From Chlamydiia bacterium (GTDB lineage: Bacteria; Chlamydiota; Chlamydiia; Chlamydiales; GCA-2402025): a stretch of DNA of 64,000 nt. Under the pieces are notes generated by a model, which was given only the letters and a program-made list of their open reading frames with translations, was not told where the DNA came from and searched no databases. This document shows, in pieces, positions 15,905 through 25,867 of the stretch. The stretch covers positions 4,825 to 68,824 of the forward strand of contig JAJACS010000005.1 of assembly GCA_022601395.1 (NCBI GenBank), given 5' to 3'. The position numbers and the translations under genes were made by a program. Position 1 is the stretch's first letter, and every line of letters begins with the position of its first letter.

Positions 15905-18328
15905 TTATGCTTTACTCACTTTTTTGCCAGATTCTTTGTTTAGCTGAGAGGAGATGATCCACTGCTGCAGAATCGCAAGAAAAGTAGAGGAAATCCAGTA
16001 AAGGTTTAATCCAGCTGGGAAGTTATAGAAAAGCAGGGTAAATACAACAGTCATAATCGTAGCTGATGTACTTGATTGCTTTTGTGCAGCTGGGTCTACC
16101 ACCTTGTGTTTGTTCATCATAGCAGAACACTTCTGCTGAAGGAACATAAGTCCTCCGTTTATGAATGGAAGCAGGTGGAACTCTGTACCGAAGAAAAAGA
16201 CCGGGTAGCTCCAAGAAAATAGAACGTCTGGTGCTGAAAGGTTGTTGATCCATCCAGTGATAAAGCTTGTTCCTCTAAGTGCGAAAGTCGAGCGTAATAG
16301 ATCAAACATACCAATCAAAAATGGCATCTGTATGACCATTGGTAGGCAGCTAGAAAAAGGATTAACCTTTTTATCTTTGTAAAGCTGCATAACCTCTAGA
16401 TTTCCACGCTTTGGATCTTTTTCGTAGCGCTTTTTAATTGCTGTAACTTGTGGCTGTATCATCTGCATTCGTGACATGGAACGCATAGACCAGTTGTTTA
16501 GAGGGTATAGGATAACCTTAAGTACGATCGTTAATAGGATAATGCTAAGACCCCAAGACTTGCTGAAGTTGTAGAAAAACTTCATAATTGCAAATAGGAA
16601 TTTCGCAAATGGCTCCGAAATAAAGGTGAACCACCCATGGAATGTTTGTGCGGCAGCATAGTCCGGCTTATAGCCTGTTTGGGTGTTTTCAAAGGCCTTG
16701 TCAACTGCTGCAAAGACATTATGGTCAAATGGACCACCAAATAGTCTAAACTGAAGAGGTTTTGAGGACTGCTTTAAAGGCATTTTAATGATGTAGCCTG
16801 GGTATTTATCAGCAGGGTACAAGTTGTTCTTTGCATCGATGATAGTAAGTCTTGTAGGGTCAACAGAGCCAGGTATGTGAGCTGCTGCAAATCCATCTGG
16901 GACTTCTGTTAAAGGGTCTAAAATCAAGCCGAAGAAGCCATTTGCATTACAAACCCAGTCTGGTGTGATCCCTTTCACAACAGCGGAATCTTTTGGAAGC
17001 TTGAGTTTCTGAACAACAGTTTTTTGGTTGCGGTCATAACGGTACTTGATGTCTGGAGTGGCAGAGTTTGAGCTCATGATTTCAGCTTCAGGGACTCCAG
17101 AGGTTAAATATAGCCCTCTTGCGTCACCTTCAATACGGATATCCATTTGAAGGGTATAAGGAACCATTTCATTTTGAGCTTTTGCAAAATAGTATGTCTT
17201 GATGATTCTTCTGCTATTTTGAGATAGCTCGAACTCGATAAGGTCTTTTTCAAGACGTCTTAACTTATATTGCTTTTGGGCAAGTGACGGGTCGTCTTCT
17301 GATACAACGTTAAGGCCGTAAAGTCTTGGTGGGGTCTCAAAATTCTTTTTTCGAGACGCTCCTTCTAAGTCCCTTCTTAGCATTGGCATATAGCCACCAA
17401 AATGTGGACTTTGGCTGCTTTTTGATCCAGCTGCTAGATAGGGCTGTGTAGGGAAATAAGCATTTGCAGGATATCTTGTCTGTATTTTCTTATCGATTCC
17501 AATAGGAAGAACAACACTTTTTGTGTTTTCACTCGATTTGAAAGGAAGGTTAAGCTCAGCAATTGCTCCTCCAAAATTTGAGAATACAACTTGTTGATAT
17601 TCATTTTCTATTACATAGAACTGCTCGTCTTTAATGGACTGAGAAGGGCTTTGAATCGTTGAAAAAGTTGTGACTTTAGAAAATGCTGGTACATCTGATA
17701 GTGCTAATAGCTTACTTGAACCTGGATTAAAGAAGCCTACTGGCTGAAAGTGTCCTTGGTGTTTGTATAGGACAACAGCTGGTCCTTCTGGCATATCACC
17801 TGGGAAACGTAACTTATTGTTTTCAAACATGCCAAGAGAAACAAATGCTTCCTGGTTGTCTTTAGAGAAAGATACTGCCTGAACTTCGGAAACTCCAACT
17901 TGCGGCAGGTGGTAGGACGTAAATCTAGGTGCATCTGAGCTGGTATAGATAATGGGGGCATCAAAAGAGTTTTTACTTGAAAATTCAACACTCATAAGTG
18001 GAGAATTACTTGAATTTGCGTACTTAACATAGAGCTTTTTTGGCAGCTCGTTGTTTTTAGACCTTGGGTATATTAGGTAACTATCCCCAAATCCTAGTCC
18101 AAGACCTTCAGATGTGGACCCTTGCATATCGGAAAAGAATTCAACAATTGGTAGGGACGAAAGGTTTGCTGTTTTGCTAGAAACCTCTTGAGAAGAGAGC
18201 TGAGGTACTACAGTTTCTATGACTTGATCTGGCTTTGAGGTCTTTGATTTATCACCCATAAAGAAGTGATGCACAAAAAACATAAAAATAGTGAATACGA
18301 ATATGAGTAGAAAACCTCTTTTATCCAT
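15905..18328 (-). CDS. yidC: Membrane protein insertase YidC (long form with large periplasmic domain)
   Basis: 807 aa. An N-terminal TM helix, a ~550-aa periplasmic domain, and a C-terminal 5-TM core with GLSIILLTIVLKVILYPL and SCLPMVIQMPFLIGMF. It sits directly upstream of dnaA. Confidence 0.93.
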   Translation of the reverse strand: MDKRGFLLIFVFTIFMFFVHHFFMGDKSKTSKPDQVIETVVPQLSSQEVSSKTANLSSLPIVEFFSDMQGSTSEGLGLGFGDSYLIYPRSKNNELPKKLYVKYANSSNSPLMSVEFSSKNSFDAPIIYTSSDAPRFTSYHLPQVGVSEVQAVSFSKDNQEAFVSLGMFENNKLRFPGDMPEGPAVVLYKHQGHFQPVGFFNPGSSKLLALSDVPAFSKVTTFSTIQSPSQSIKDEQFYVIENEYQQVVFSNFGGAIAELNLPFKSSENTKSVVLPIGIDKKIQTRYPANAYFPTQPYLAAGSKSSQSPHFGGYMPMLRRDLEGASRKKNFETPPRLYGLNVVSEDDPSLAQKQYKLRRLEKDLIEFELSQNSRRIIKTYYFAKAQNEMVPYTLQMDIRIEGDARGLYLTSGVPEAEIMSSNSATPDIKYRYDRNQKTVVQKLKLPKDSAVVKGITPDWVCNANGFFGLILDPLTEVPDGFAAAHIPGSVDPTRLTIIDAKNNLYPADKYPGYIIKMPLKQSSKPLQFRLFGGPFDHNVFAAVDKAFENTQTGYKPDYAAAQTFHGWFTFISEPFAKFLFAIMKFFYNFSKSWGLSIILLTIVLKVILYPLNNWSMRSMSRMQMIQPQVTAIKKRYEKDPKRGNLEVMQLYKDKKVNPFSSCLPMVIQMPFLIGMFDLLRSTFALRGTSFITGWINNLSAPDVLFSWSYPVFFFGTEFHLLPFINGGLMFLQQKCSAMMNKHKVVDPAAQKQSSTSATIMTVVFTLLFYNFPAGLNLYWISSTFLAILQQWIISSQLNKESGKKVSKA

Positions 18329-18412
18329 AAAGTCTGTTGCCCCTAATATAATTGGAAGAATAGTTAAAAACTCTTAGGGTAGCAGAAATAACGAATTAGA
18401 AAAAGGTAAACC

Positions 18413-20488
18413 TTATTCCTGGATATTTGACTTCTCTTCTAAGTAAGTCAAAAAGTTTTGAAAGTTTTCCGTATTACGAAGTGTTTCAAGCCAGTCATCT
18501 TCAAGAAGGTCTTCGATTTCAGGAAGCGTATCATACTCTTCGGCTTTTCTGACAAAATGCATTGCTTTATCAAGCTGATTTAGCAATGAGTAGAGACAAG
18601 CTAGGTGAAAATAGGCATGGGTATTTCCGAGTTTAGCTGCTTGTGTCATTTTGAATTCAGCATCTTTAAAGAATTGCTGCTTTTCATATTCATCGGAAAT
18701 GCCATCAGCGTATGCAACAAGGCAAAGTGCCCAATCAAGTAGAAGTTGGTCATCATCTTCTTCTCTTTTGTGGGCAAGTCTATAGTGATGTAGTGCTTTT
18801 GCAAATAGATTGGCATCGAGCTCGAGTTCTGCACTATGTGAAAGACAGCTTGCTAAATGGTAATGAATTTTAGGGTATTCTGGGTCTACCATTAGTACAT
18901 GGTTAAGCACTTCTAACGCGTTGCTATAGAGCTCTTTATCTTCTTTTGTGGTAGCAAGAGCTTCGAGGGTTAAACCGTAATGGAAGAGCCAGTCAGGATG
19001 CAAATAGATTGCATTCTTTTGCAGGTTAATGGCTTGTTCAAAGTAAGATTTTGCGATCTCAAGTGTCTTCTCATTACTTGTAAATTCGGCAAATTTATAA
19101 AGAGAAAACGCGTAGTCAAAGTAATAAAGACTATTTCCTTGAATCGCGATAGCTTTCTGATAAAATTTGTGAGCTCTTTCAAAGACTTGGTTATTGTCCT
19201 CAATAAGACCAATTTTTGTGAAAGTATATGCAAGAGCATGCCAAAGTCTATGGTATGTTCTGTCAATAGAAAGTCCTTCTTGGAACTTTTCAATCGCTTG
19301 GTAATAGTAATCTACATCGCCAAAGTATACACCCAAGCAGAATAAGCAGTACCCATAGGAATAATAAAATTCAGGGTGCTCTTCTTCTTCTAAAAGCTGT
19401 GAAATTTTGTTTTGAGCTTCATAGAGGTTTCCGACCTTATCGTTTAACGTACCAAGAAGAGACAGAGCTTCTGACCACGTTGATATGATGAAGGGGTCAT
19501 TTGGATCTAAACTAAATGCTCTATGGCACTTTTCTATCGCAGAACGTGCTCTCTTCGGGTCTTGAATCATTTTAGCCGACTGAGTAAGGATCTTTGCCCA
19601 GTTAAACCAAAGTTCTGCATCTTTTGACTGCAGCTGGGCTGCAGTTGAGAAACATTCGTTTGCTTGCGTAAAGTGGTCTTCGTCATGAGTAAAGCCGTAA
19701 AGAGAAGAAAGTGCGTGAGAGAGGTGCATCCAGCTGTCAAATGAAGATATCGAAATAGAAACAGCGTTTTTGTAGCAGTTGATAGACTGTATAAAATAGC
19801 GCAAATCATTCATTTTAAAGCCAAGCTCTAAGCAAATATGGCCAAAGTCGTGCCAGAACTCAATAGGCTGGTCGTTTTGCGTAACTTGAGCTTTTTGATA
19901 GGCTTCAAGTGCGATCTTCATGTCAGAAGGCTCTTTAGTCCTTTTTGAAATATTGCTCCATACATTTGCATAATTCCAGTGGAGGTCTGCAAGCACATCT
20001 TCTGCTTGTCCTTTTGATATGGATAAAGCTTTTTTATACTTCGTTTCTGACTCTAATAGATAGTGGTGCTCTTCAGTAATTTTTCCAAGAGTATAAAGTG
20101 CGCTTCCCCAAGCTTGCCAAGCCTCGAAATAACTCGGGTTAATTTGGACTGCTGCCTTAAATCTTTTTGCAGCAAGTTGCAAAAATTTTTCCTTACCTTT
20201 TTCGGTGCTAAATTCGAGAAGTGATAAGCCTTGATTAAACAGCAATGATGTGTTTTGCGGGTCGAGCTGAAGAGATAAATCAAAGAACTGGATGCCAGAG
20301 CTATCACCGTGCAGAAGTTTCAATTCACCTTGCTTAAAAAACGATTCGCCGATCCTTTTATCATGCGCAGATTTTTGCTGCATTTTATTCTGGAACGCAA
20401 TCGAGTATTTAGCTTTAAAGTTCTGCTTTTTAGGAGTTTGGCAGTGATTCTTCATGCTAGTATTTGCAAGGGGATTTTGGGTCATCAA
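18413..20488 (-). CDS. Tetratricopeptide (TPR) repeat protein
   Basis: 691 aa made of reiterated ~34-aa A/Y/W-rich helical repeats (e.g. AWQAWGSALYTLGK, EAYQKAQ, YYFDYAFSLYKF). Confidence 0.8.
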   Translation of the reverse strand: MMTQNPLANTSMKNHCQTPKKQNFKAKYSIAFQNKMQQKSAHDKRIGESFFKQGELKLLHGDSSGIQFFDLSLQLDPQNTSLLFNQGLSLLEFSTEKGKEKFLQLAAKRFKAAVQINPSYFEAWQAWGSALYTLGKITEEHHYLLESETKYKKALSISKGQAEDVLADLHWNYANVWSNISKRTKEPSDMKIALEAYQKAQVTQNDQPIEFWHDFGHICLELGFKMNDLRYFIQSINCYKNAVSISISSFDSWMHLSHALSSLYGFTHDEDHFTQANECFSTAAQLQSKDAELWFNWAKILTQSAKMIQDPKRARSAIEKCHRAFSLDPNDPFIISTWSEALSLLGTLNDKVGNLYEAQNKISQLLEEEEHPEFYYSYGYCLFCLGVYFGDVDYYYQAIEKFQEGLSIDRTYHRLWHALAYTFTKIGLIEDNNQVFERAHKFYQKAIAIQGNSLYYFDYAFSLYKFAEFTSNEKTLEIAKSYFEQAINLQKNAIYLHPDWLFHYGLTLEALATTKEDKELYSNALEVLNHVLMVDPEYPKIHYHLASCLSHSAELELDANLFAKALHHYRLAHKREEDDDQLLLDWALCLVAYADGISDEYEKQQFFKDAEFKMTQAAKLGNTHAYFHLACLYSLLNQLDKAMHFVRKAEEYDTLPEIEDLLEDDWLETLRNTENFQNFLTYLEEKSNIQE

Positions 20489-20746
20489 AAGCCTTCAATA
20501 TGTCGAAGATTATTAAACCTGGTGATTATAGAAAAGCCTCAGATTTTATACAATGGGCCTAGATTTTTTAACGGCTTACAAAAATATATTATGATATTTG
20601 AAACTTGTTCTATCTACTTAAAATAAGAATTTTACCAGATTGATACTTAACATAAATTTAAAAAAGAGTTGGAAAATTGTAAAAGGGATGTATCAAAAAT
20701 TTATAATGAGATATTAAAGAATAAATAATCAGTATTCAGGATAGTC

Positions 20747-21151
20747 ATGTTTCAGTATAGAAGACTTGTTAAAATGGCAGATACAGATGCATCTGGGGTC
20801 ATTTATTTCGCAAATGTTCAAATAATAGCGCTGGAGGCTTTTGAAGAATATCTCTCTAGATATGGGTTTGACTTGGGTGTTGAAATAGAGAAAGGAGACT
20901 TCCTTTTTCCTATTGTACACACAGAAGCTGATTATCTGTCTCCAGTAACAGTTGGTGATGAGGTCAACGTAAACCTTTCTTTAGAGAAAGTTGGTAACTC
21001 TTCCTTTACGATGAAGTATGAAATCCATTCTATGAAGAATGATATGACACTTGCGACTGTTAAAATGACGCATGTGGCAATGTGCAAAGAAACAAAAAAA
21101 TCTATGAGGGTTCCTCAAGAGTTAATAGCACTTTTTAGCAGGCTCTCGTAA
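20747..21151 (+). CDS. Hotdog-fold acyl-CoA thioesterase (4HBT/YbgC type); probable 1,4-dihydroxy-2-naphthoyl-CoA thioesterase
   Basis: 134 aa. DTDASGVIYFANV (catalytic Asp region) and FPIVHTEADYLSPV are typical of 4HBT-class thioesterases. The gene is convergent with menE and overlaps its 3' end by 37 nt. Confidence 0.6.
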   Translation: MFQYRRLVKMADTDASGVIYFANVQIIALEAFEEYLSRYGFDLGVEIEKGDFLFPIVHTEADYLSPVTVGDEVNVNLSLEKVGNSSFTMKYEIHSMKNDMTLATVKMTHVAMCKETKKSMRVPQELIALFSRLS

Positions 21152-22476
21152 GCCAGATTAGAAAATTTATCCCTGATCCTTTTTGTCACTTTCATGTGTA
21201 TCTTTTGGCCTTCTGGCCAAGGGAGAAAGTATTTAGGAATCTTATAACCCGGTAGAAATCTTCTCAGATGCTCCTTAAGCGGTTCTTTTTCTATGTGGTT
21301 ACTTGTTTTGATGAATGCAACTGCGATCCTACCGTACTCTCTGTTTGAAATAGAGGTGACAATGGCATAGCTTACGCCTTCAAATAAATTAAGATGTTGC
21401 TCAATTTCTTCTGGATAAATGTTTTCACCACCGCTTATGAACATAGAGTCCATTCTTCTTTTAATAGTAAGCCCGTAGTCTTCTGAATAGGATCCAATAT
21501 CTTTTGTATTAAAAGGCTCTTTTTCTCTAGCAACAAGTCCAGTGCTTTTATCTAGATAGCCACTGAAGAGTGTTTTACCTGAGACTAAGATTTCACCCTT
21601 TTCTGTAAGGGTAAGTTTTCTATAAGGTAGGGTAAACCCTGAGGATTTTATCTGGTTGATACTTCTGACTTTATTTAGAGTAATTGTGGAGCTCATTTCA
21701 CTCATGCCATAACTTAGGTAAATAGGGAGCTTTAAATGGTATGCCTTTTTTAAGATGACATCTTCTGTACTGCTACCTCCAAGGAGTACAGCTTTTAGTG
21801 AGGGGACAGTTGTTTTCCAGTCTAATAGGAGTCTTGTAAGTTGCGTTGAGACTAAAGACACATGCGTTATTGCTTTTTTGCTTATCGAAAAGTATAGATC
21901 TTTTGTGTTTCCAAAGACAACGCAAGCTCCTTTCATAAAACATCTATACAAAATTGATAGCCCAGCGACGTGTGAAAGAGGCAAGGTAATAAAGTATCTC
22001 GAGTGTTCATTAAGGTCTAGTTGATCAACAATTCCTTTAGCGCTTAAAATGTGGTTTTCAAGACCTAAGGCAACAACCTTTTCTTTTCCTGAAGAGCCGG
22101 ATGTGAAGAGGTAAGTAGCAATACCCTCTGTATAAGGTTTTTGCTCTGTTTTGATTTTTTTAAAAAGCAATCTGCCATTTTTATCACAGAAGTAAACGCA
22201 GTCTATTCCAAGTTCTTTTAGCTTTTTTTCCTGAGCTTCTTTTGGTTCCTTGGGGTTTAGAAGTACGACTTGTTTTCCCTTTAGTAGGAGGGCAAAATAG
22301 CACATAACAATGTTGGGATTAAGATCTGCGACTAGTCCAATTTTAGTGCCAGTAGGAGGCACTTCGAACTCTTCAACCATTTTCCTAAGCTTTTTGTATG
22401 TAAGCTTAGATGTTTCTGATTCAATAGCGATCTTGTTATCTTGTGCATGACTGAAAAGATCTAATATCTGTTTCAT
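21115..22476 (-). CDS. menE: o-Succinylbenzoate-CoA ligase
   Basis: 453 aa. AMP-binding motif YLFTSGSSGKEK, plus YGMSE and GGENIYPEEIE, in men operon context. Confidence 0.85.
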   Translation of the reverse strand: MKQILDLFSHAQDNKIAIESETSKLTYKKLRKMVEEFEVPPTGTKIGLVADLNPNIVMCYFALLLKGKQVVLLNPKEPKEAQEKKLKELGIDCVYFCDKNGRLLFKKIKTEQKPYTEGIATYLFTSGSSGKEKVVALGLENHILSAKGIVDQLDLNEHSRYFITLPLSHVAGLSILYRCFMKGACVVFGNTKDLYFSISKKAITHVSLVSTQLTRLLLDWKTTVPSLKAVLLGGSSTEDVILKKAYHLKLPIYLSYGMSEMSSTITLNKVRSINQIKSSGFTLPYRKLTLTEKGEILVSGKTLFSGYLDKSTGLVAREKEPFNTKDIGSYSEDYGLTIKRRMDSMFISGGENIYPEEIEQHLNLFEGVSYAIVTSISNREYGRIAVAFIKTSNHIEKEPLKEHLRRFLPGYKIPKYFLPWPEGQKIHMKVTKRIRDKFSNLAYESLLKSAINS

Positions 22477-23413
22477 AGATAAGCTCTGTTAGTTCTGGAT
22501 CTAGTTTGAGATCATTCCTTATGGGTGATCTATCAAAGAGTTTGCTTGTGTCAAGTCCATGGAAGTTACTAGGGGAGTACCATTTTGCAAGTTTTGTGAT
22601 GTGAGCAAGACCAAGATTAGATTCATAAGTAGAGGAAAAGATGAACTCTAGTTTTCTTTTGTTTACAGCCTCTATAAATCGGTCGTCTTTAAGTATTACC
22701 ATATCTAACATAGGTTTGATGACACAGGCCTTGATGTTTGGGATTTGCAGAAGCTTTTCCAGAGGGTATATTCGAATGGATTCATCAAGAGCAAATTTTA
22801 CAGGATGCTTGATTTTTCTAAGATCAAAAGGGTTTTGAGTCGGCTCTTCGATGTAATCGATCTTCTCACAATCTACTGCATTGCAAAATTGATTGATCAT
22901 ATCCAAATCAAAGCTCTGATTGAAATCGATACGGAATCTGGAGTAGTTAGATACAAGGCTGCATGCCTCTTTAAAAAACTTAGCGCACTTATTTGCCTCA
23001 AAACCGCCGAGTTTGATTTTGATCCGCGTGGCATCACTGTTCCTTTTGATTTCATTTAACATCTCATCAAAGCTGCCGTGAACATACTTACAGATTTTTA
23101 CCTCGGTAAAGGTTGCATCAAATTGTTGACATAGGCAGTGGATGGCAAACTGGTTCGAAGGGCATAGCTTAGGCAAAAGATCAAGAGGCTGTAAGAGCTT
23201 TGCTCCTGCAGTCTCAAGCTCATTTAAGGCTGTTTGAGAGCTTTCTGTAGAAAATCCGGGCAAAGGGGCAGATTCGGCGAAATAAGCCTTATTTTGCCCG
23301 TCTATAGCTTTAATCACAGTTCCTGATCTTGCCTCTAGAAGTCCAGATTTAAGCTTGAGGGGAGATTCCAAAGGGCAGGTATAGCGGTAGAGCTTTACAT
23401 TTGTAAAGGTCAT
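22436..23413 (-). CDS. menC: o-Succinylbenzoate synthase (enolase superfamily)
   Basis: Size and position (between menA and menE) fit an enolase-superfamily protein, with KIKLG, IDYIEEP and ALDES metal-ligand-like blocks. ATG 23413 forms an ATGA overlap with the menA stop; the track ORF starts at 23431. Confidence 0.78.
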   Translation of the reverse strand: MTFTNVKLYRYTCPLESPLKLKSGLLEARSGTVIKAIDGQNKAYFAESAPLPGFSTESSQTALNELETAGAKLLQPLDLLPKLCPSNQFAIHCLCQQFDATFTEVKICKYVHGSFDEMLNEIKRNSDATRIKIKLGGFEANKCAKFFKEACSLVSNYSRFRIDFNQSFDLDMINQFCNAVDCEKIDYIEEPTQNPFDLRKIKHPVKFALDESIRIYPLEKLLQIPNIKACVIKPMLDMVILKDDRFIEAVNKRKLEFIFSSTYESNLGLAHITKLAKWYSPSNFHGLDTSKLFDRSPIRNDLKLDPELTELIYETDIRSFQSCTR

Positions 23414-24288
23414 ATGAAAGCGCCGAGGCAAAAAAGTAGAGTATAAGGGACGATGAGTTTTGCTGTACTTGCAAGAGTGGCGTTTAGTGTTTTTGGATCA
23501 TTGTAGGTGAAAATATGCTTAATAAGAGGCACTGCAAACAGCATGACAAGTGATGCTAGGATGCAAAAATAGTGGGCTCCTGTATAAAACACGTACAAGA
23601 TAGGAATAAAAAAGGTCGCAATAATCATCACGGTGTAGTGGATTTTAGCAAATTTTTTACCAAAACGGACAGGAAGTGTTTTTTTAGATGCGAGCTTATC
23701 TTCAGCAATATCTCTTAAATTGTTTACAGTGATCACTGCAACTCCGAGTAGTCCTGGAGCAAACGAAGCAATGAAAGCTGCGGCATCGAAATGCAGGGTT
23801 TGTAGATAGAAAGTGAAAATTGTTGCAACAGGTCCGTAAAAAACTAGTACGAACACATCACCAAGCCCAAGGTATGCAAGAGGCATGGGTCCTGCTGTAT
23901 AAAGCAGGCTGAAAAGAATGCAAATGCTTCCCACAACTAAAAGAATGACTCCTCCTCTCATAGTGAGGATAATAGAAGCAATAGCTGCTATCGAAAAACA
24001 AAGAATAAAAGCTGTTTTCATGGCCTTTTTAGAAACAAGGCCAGACTGCAGAACCTTCATGGTTCCTTTTCTGCTCTCTTTATCAGCTCCTTTTAGATAG
24101 TCAAAGTAGTCGTTACTGTAGTTCGTGCCGACTTGGATCATAAGAGCGCCAAGGAGTGTCCAAAAAAATACAAGCAGGTTAAATGAACCTGCTTGTATAG
24201 CTAGACTTGTTCCAATCAAGATTGGCGCAAGACCTATTGTAAGTGTTTTTGGTCTTGCTGCGTATATCCAGAGTTTAGCGCTACTCAT
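23410..24288 (-). CDS. menA: 1,4-dihydroxy-2-naphthoate polyprenyltransferase
   Basis: 292 aa, polytopic UbiA-family protein, with NDYFDYLKGAD and NNLRDIAEDK Asp-rich motifs. Confidence 0.92.
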   Translation of the reverse strand: MSSAKLWIYAARPKTLTIGLAPILIGTSLAIQAGSFNLLVFFWTLLGALMIQVGTNYSNDYFDYLKGADKESRKGTMKVLQSGLVSKKAMKTAFILCFSIAAIASIILTMRGGVILLVVGSICILFSLLYTAGPMPLAYLGLGDVFVLVFYGPVATIFTFYLQTLHFDAAAFIASFAPGLLGVAVITVNNLRDIAEDKLASKKTLPVRFGKKFAKIHYTVMIIATFFIPILYVFYTGAHYFCILASLVMLFAVPLIKHIFTYNDPKTLNATLASTAKLIVPYTLLFCLGAFI

Positions 24289-24291
24289 TTA

Positions 24292-25113
24292 TTACGCTCT
24301 TTTTGGGAACTTACTAAAATTCGGTACACGTTTTTCAAGAAAAGCGCTGTGACCTTCTTGAGCTTCTTCTGTCATGTAGTAAAGCATAGTTGCATTACCA
24401 GCGAGTTCTTGAAGGCCTGATTGACCATCACAGTCAGCATTGAAAGATGCTTTTAGACATCTTAGTGCAATTGGTGAGTTGCGTAAAATTTCTTTGCACC
24501 ACTGGATTGTAGTTTCTTCAAGTTGCTCTGTAGGAACTACGTGGTTTACAAGTCCCATATCAAGTGCTTGTTTTGCATTGTACTGTCTACATAGAAACCA
24601 AATTTCGCGTGCTTTTTTCTGGCCTACGATTCGTGCAAGGTAAGAAGAGCCAAAACCGCCGTCAAATGAACCAACTTTTGGACCTGTTTGACCAAAGACT
24701 GCATTTTCAGATGCAATTGTTAGATCTGCCATGAGATGTAGTACGTGGCCGCCACCTATTGCATATCCAGCTACCATAGCGATGATAGGCTTTGGGCAAG
24801 TTCTCATTTGTCTTTGAAAATCGAGTACATTTAATCTGTGCACGCCTTCATCATCAGCATATCCAGCTTCACCACGGATTCTTTGATCTCCACCTGAGCA
24901 AAATGCACGAGTGCCTTCTCCTGTTAAAATCACAACACCAACCTTGCTGTCATTTCTTGCATCATGAAGTGCATGCATCATCTCTTCAACTGTAAGAGGT
25001 CTAAACGCATTTAGTACCTCAGGTCGGTTAATAGTGATTTTCGCGATGCCTTCTGATTTTTGATACTTTATATCTTCATACTTAAAGCAATCTTTCCATA
25101 CGATATTTGACAT
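24292..25113 (-). CDS. menB: 1,4-dihydroxy-2-naphthoyl-CoA synthase
   Basis: 273 aa crotonase-fold protein. [19 protein letters not shown] and [13 protein letters not shown] match MenB along the whole length. Confidence 0.95.
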   Translation of the reverse strand: MSNIVWKDCFKYEDIKYQKSEGIAKITINRPEVLNAFRPLTVEEMMHALHDARNDSKVGVVILTGEGTRAFCSGGDQRIRGEAGYADDEGVHRLNVLDFQRQMRTCPKPIIAMVAGYAIGGGHVLHLMADLTIASENAVFGQTGPKVGSFDGGFGSSYLARIVGQKKAREIWFLCRQYNAKQALDMGLVNHVVPTEQLEETTIQWCKEILRNSPIALRCLKASFNADCDGQSGLQELAGNATMLYYMTEEAQEGHSAFLEKRVPNFSKFPKRA

Positions 25114-25867
25114 TAGATACCTCTTTAATAAAGTGAGTTACTGTTTGCGCGCATGTCCTAGGATTTTCAATGTGAATCGCATGACCCGCATTTGGAAGAA
25201 CATCCCTACTTATAGTTTCAGGCAGTTTTTTATAGAGTTTTGTATATTTTTTGTCACTAATTCCGCTTAAGAATAGAAAAGATGTTTTTGTGATTTCTAA
25301 AAATGGAAGGAAACTTTTTTGTTTGGTGATGCTTAGGGCGCTCATTACAACTGCAAGATCATACGGACAATTCTTTTTTCTTTGATTTATGGTCCTTTCA
25401 TAATCTAAAGAAGAAAAAAGATCTTGTGCATACCACCTTTCTAGAAATTCTTGGATTGAACCATGTTTAAGAAGTTCGATCCACTTCTTTTCTGATAGAA
25501 GCTTTTGAGAGTGCTCTGCAATTGAAAGCCCGTAATGAGCAGAAAGAACCACACAAGATAAAACGCGAGAAGCTCTCTCTTTTGCATACTGTAAGAGAAC
25601 TCTGCCACCCATAGAGTACCCAACAAAGTGGGTTTTACTGATCTTTAAATGATCAAGTATTGAATCGATTTCATCTAAGAGTGAATTAAAATCAGGTGTA
25701 CCAGATAGTTTTGACTTTCCGTGACCAGGCAAGTCAATCAAGAGCATATTGAAATCTGTGCCAATTTCACTACAAAGAGCAGTAAAATCTAAAGAAGATC
25801 CTAAAAATCCGTGAAGAAAAACAATAGTGTGTTCTTTTTTGTGATTATTGTACGTGTAATCTAGCAT
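25082..25867 (-). CDS. menH: SHCHC synthase (alpha/beta hydrolase)
   Basis: 261 aa. HGFLGS oxyanion region, nucleophile elbow GYSMGGRV and a C-terminal GHAIH, located between menD and menB. Confidence 0.8.
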   Translation of the reverse strand: MLDYTYNNHKKEHTIVFLHGFLGSSLDFTALCSEIGTDFNMLLIDLPGHGKSKLSGTPDFNSLLDEIDSILDHLKISKTHFVGYSMGGRVLLQYAKERASRVLSCVVLSAHYGLSIAEHSQKLLSEKKWIELLKHGSIQEFLERWYAQDLFSSLDYERTINQRKKNCPYDLAVVMSALSITKQKSFLPFLEITKTSFLFLSGISDKKYTKLYKKLPETISRDVLPNAGHAIHIENPRTCAQTVTHFIKEVSNVKYRMERLL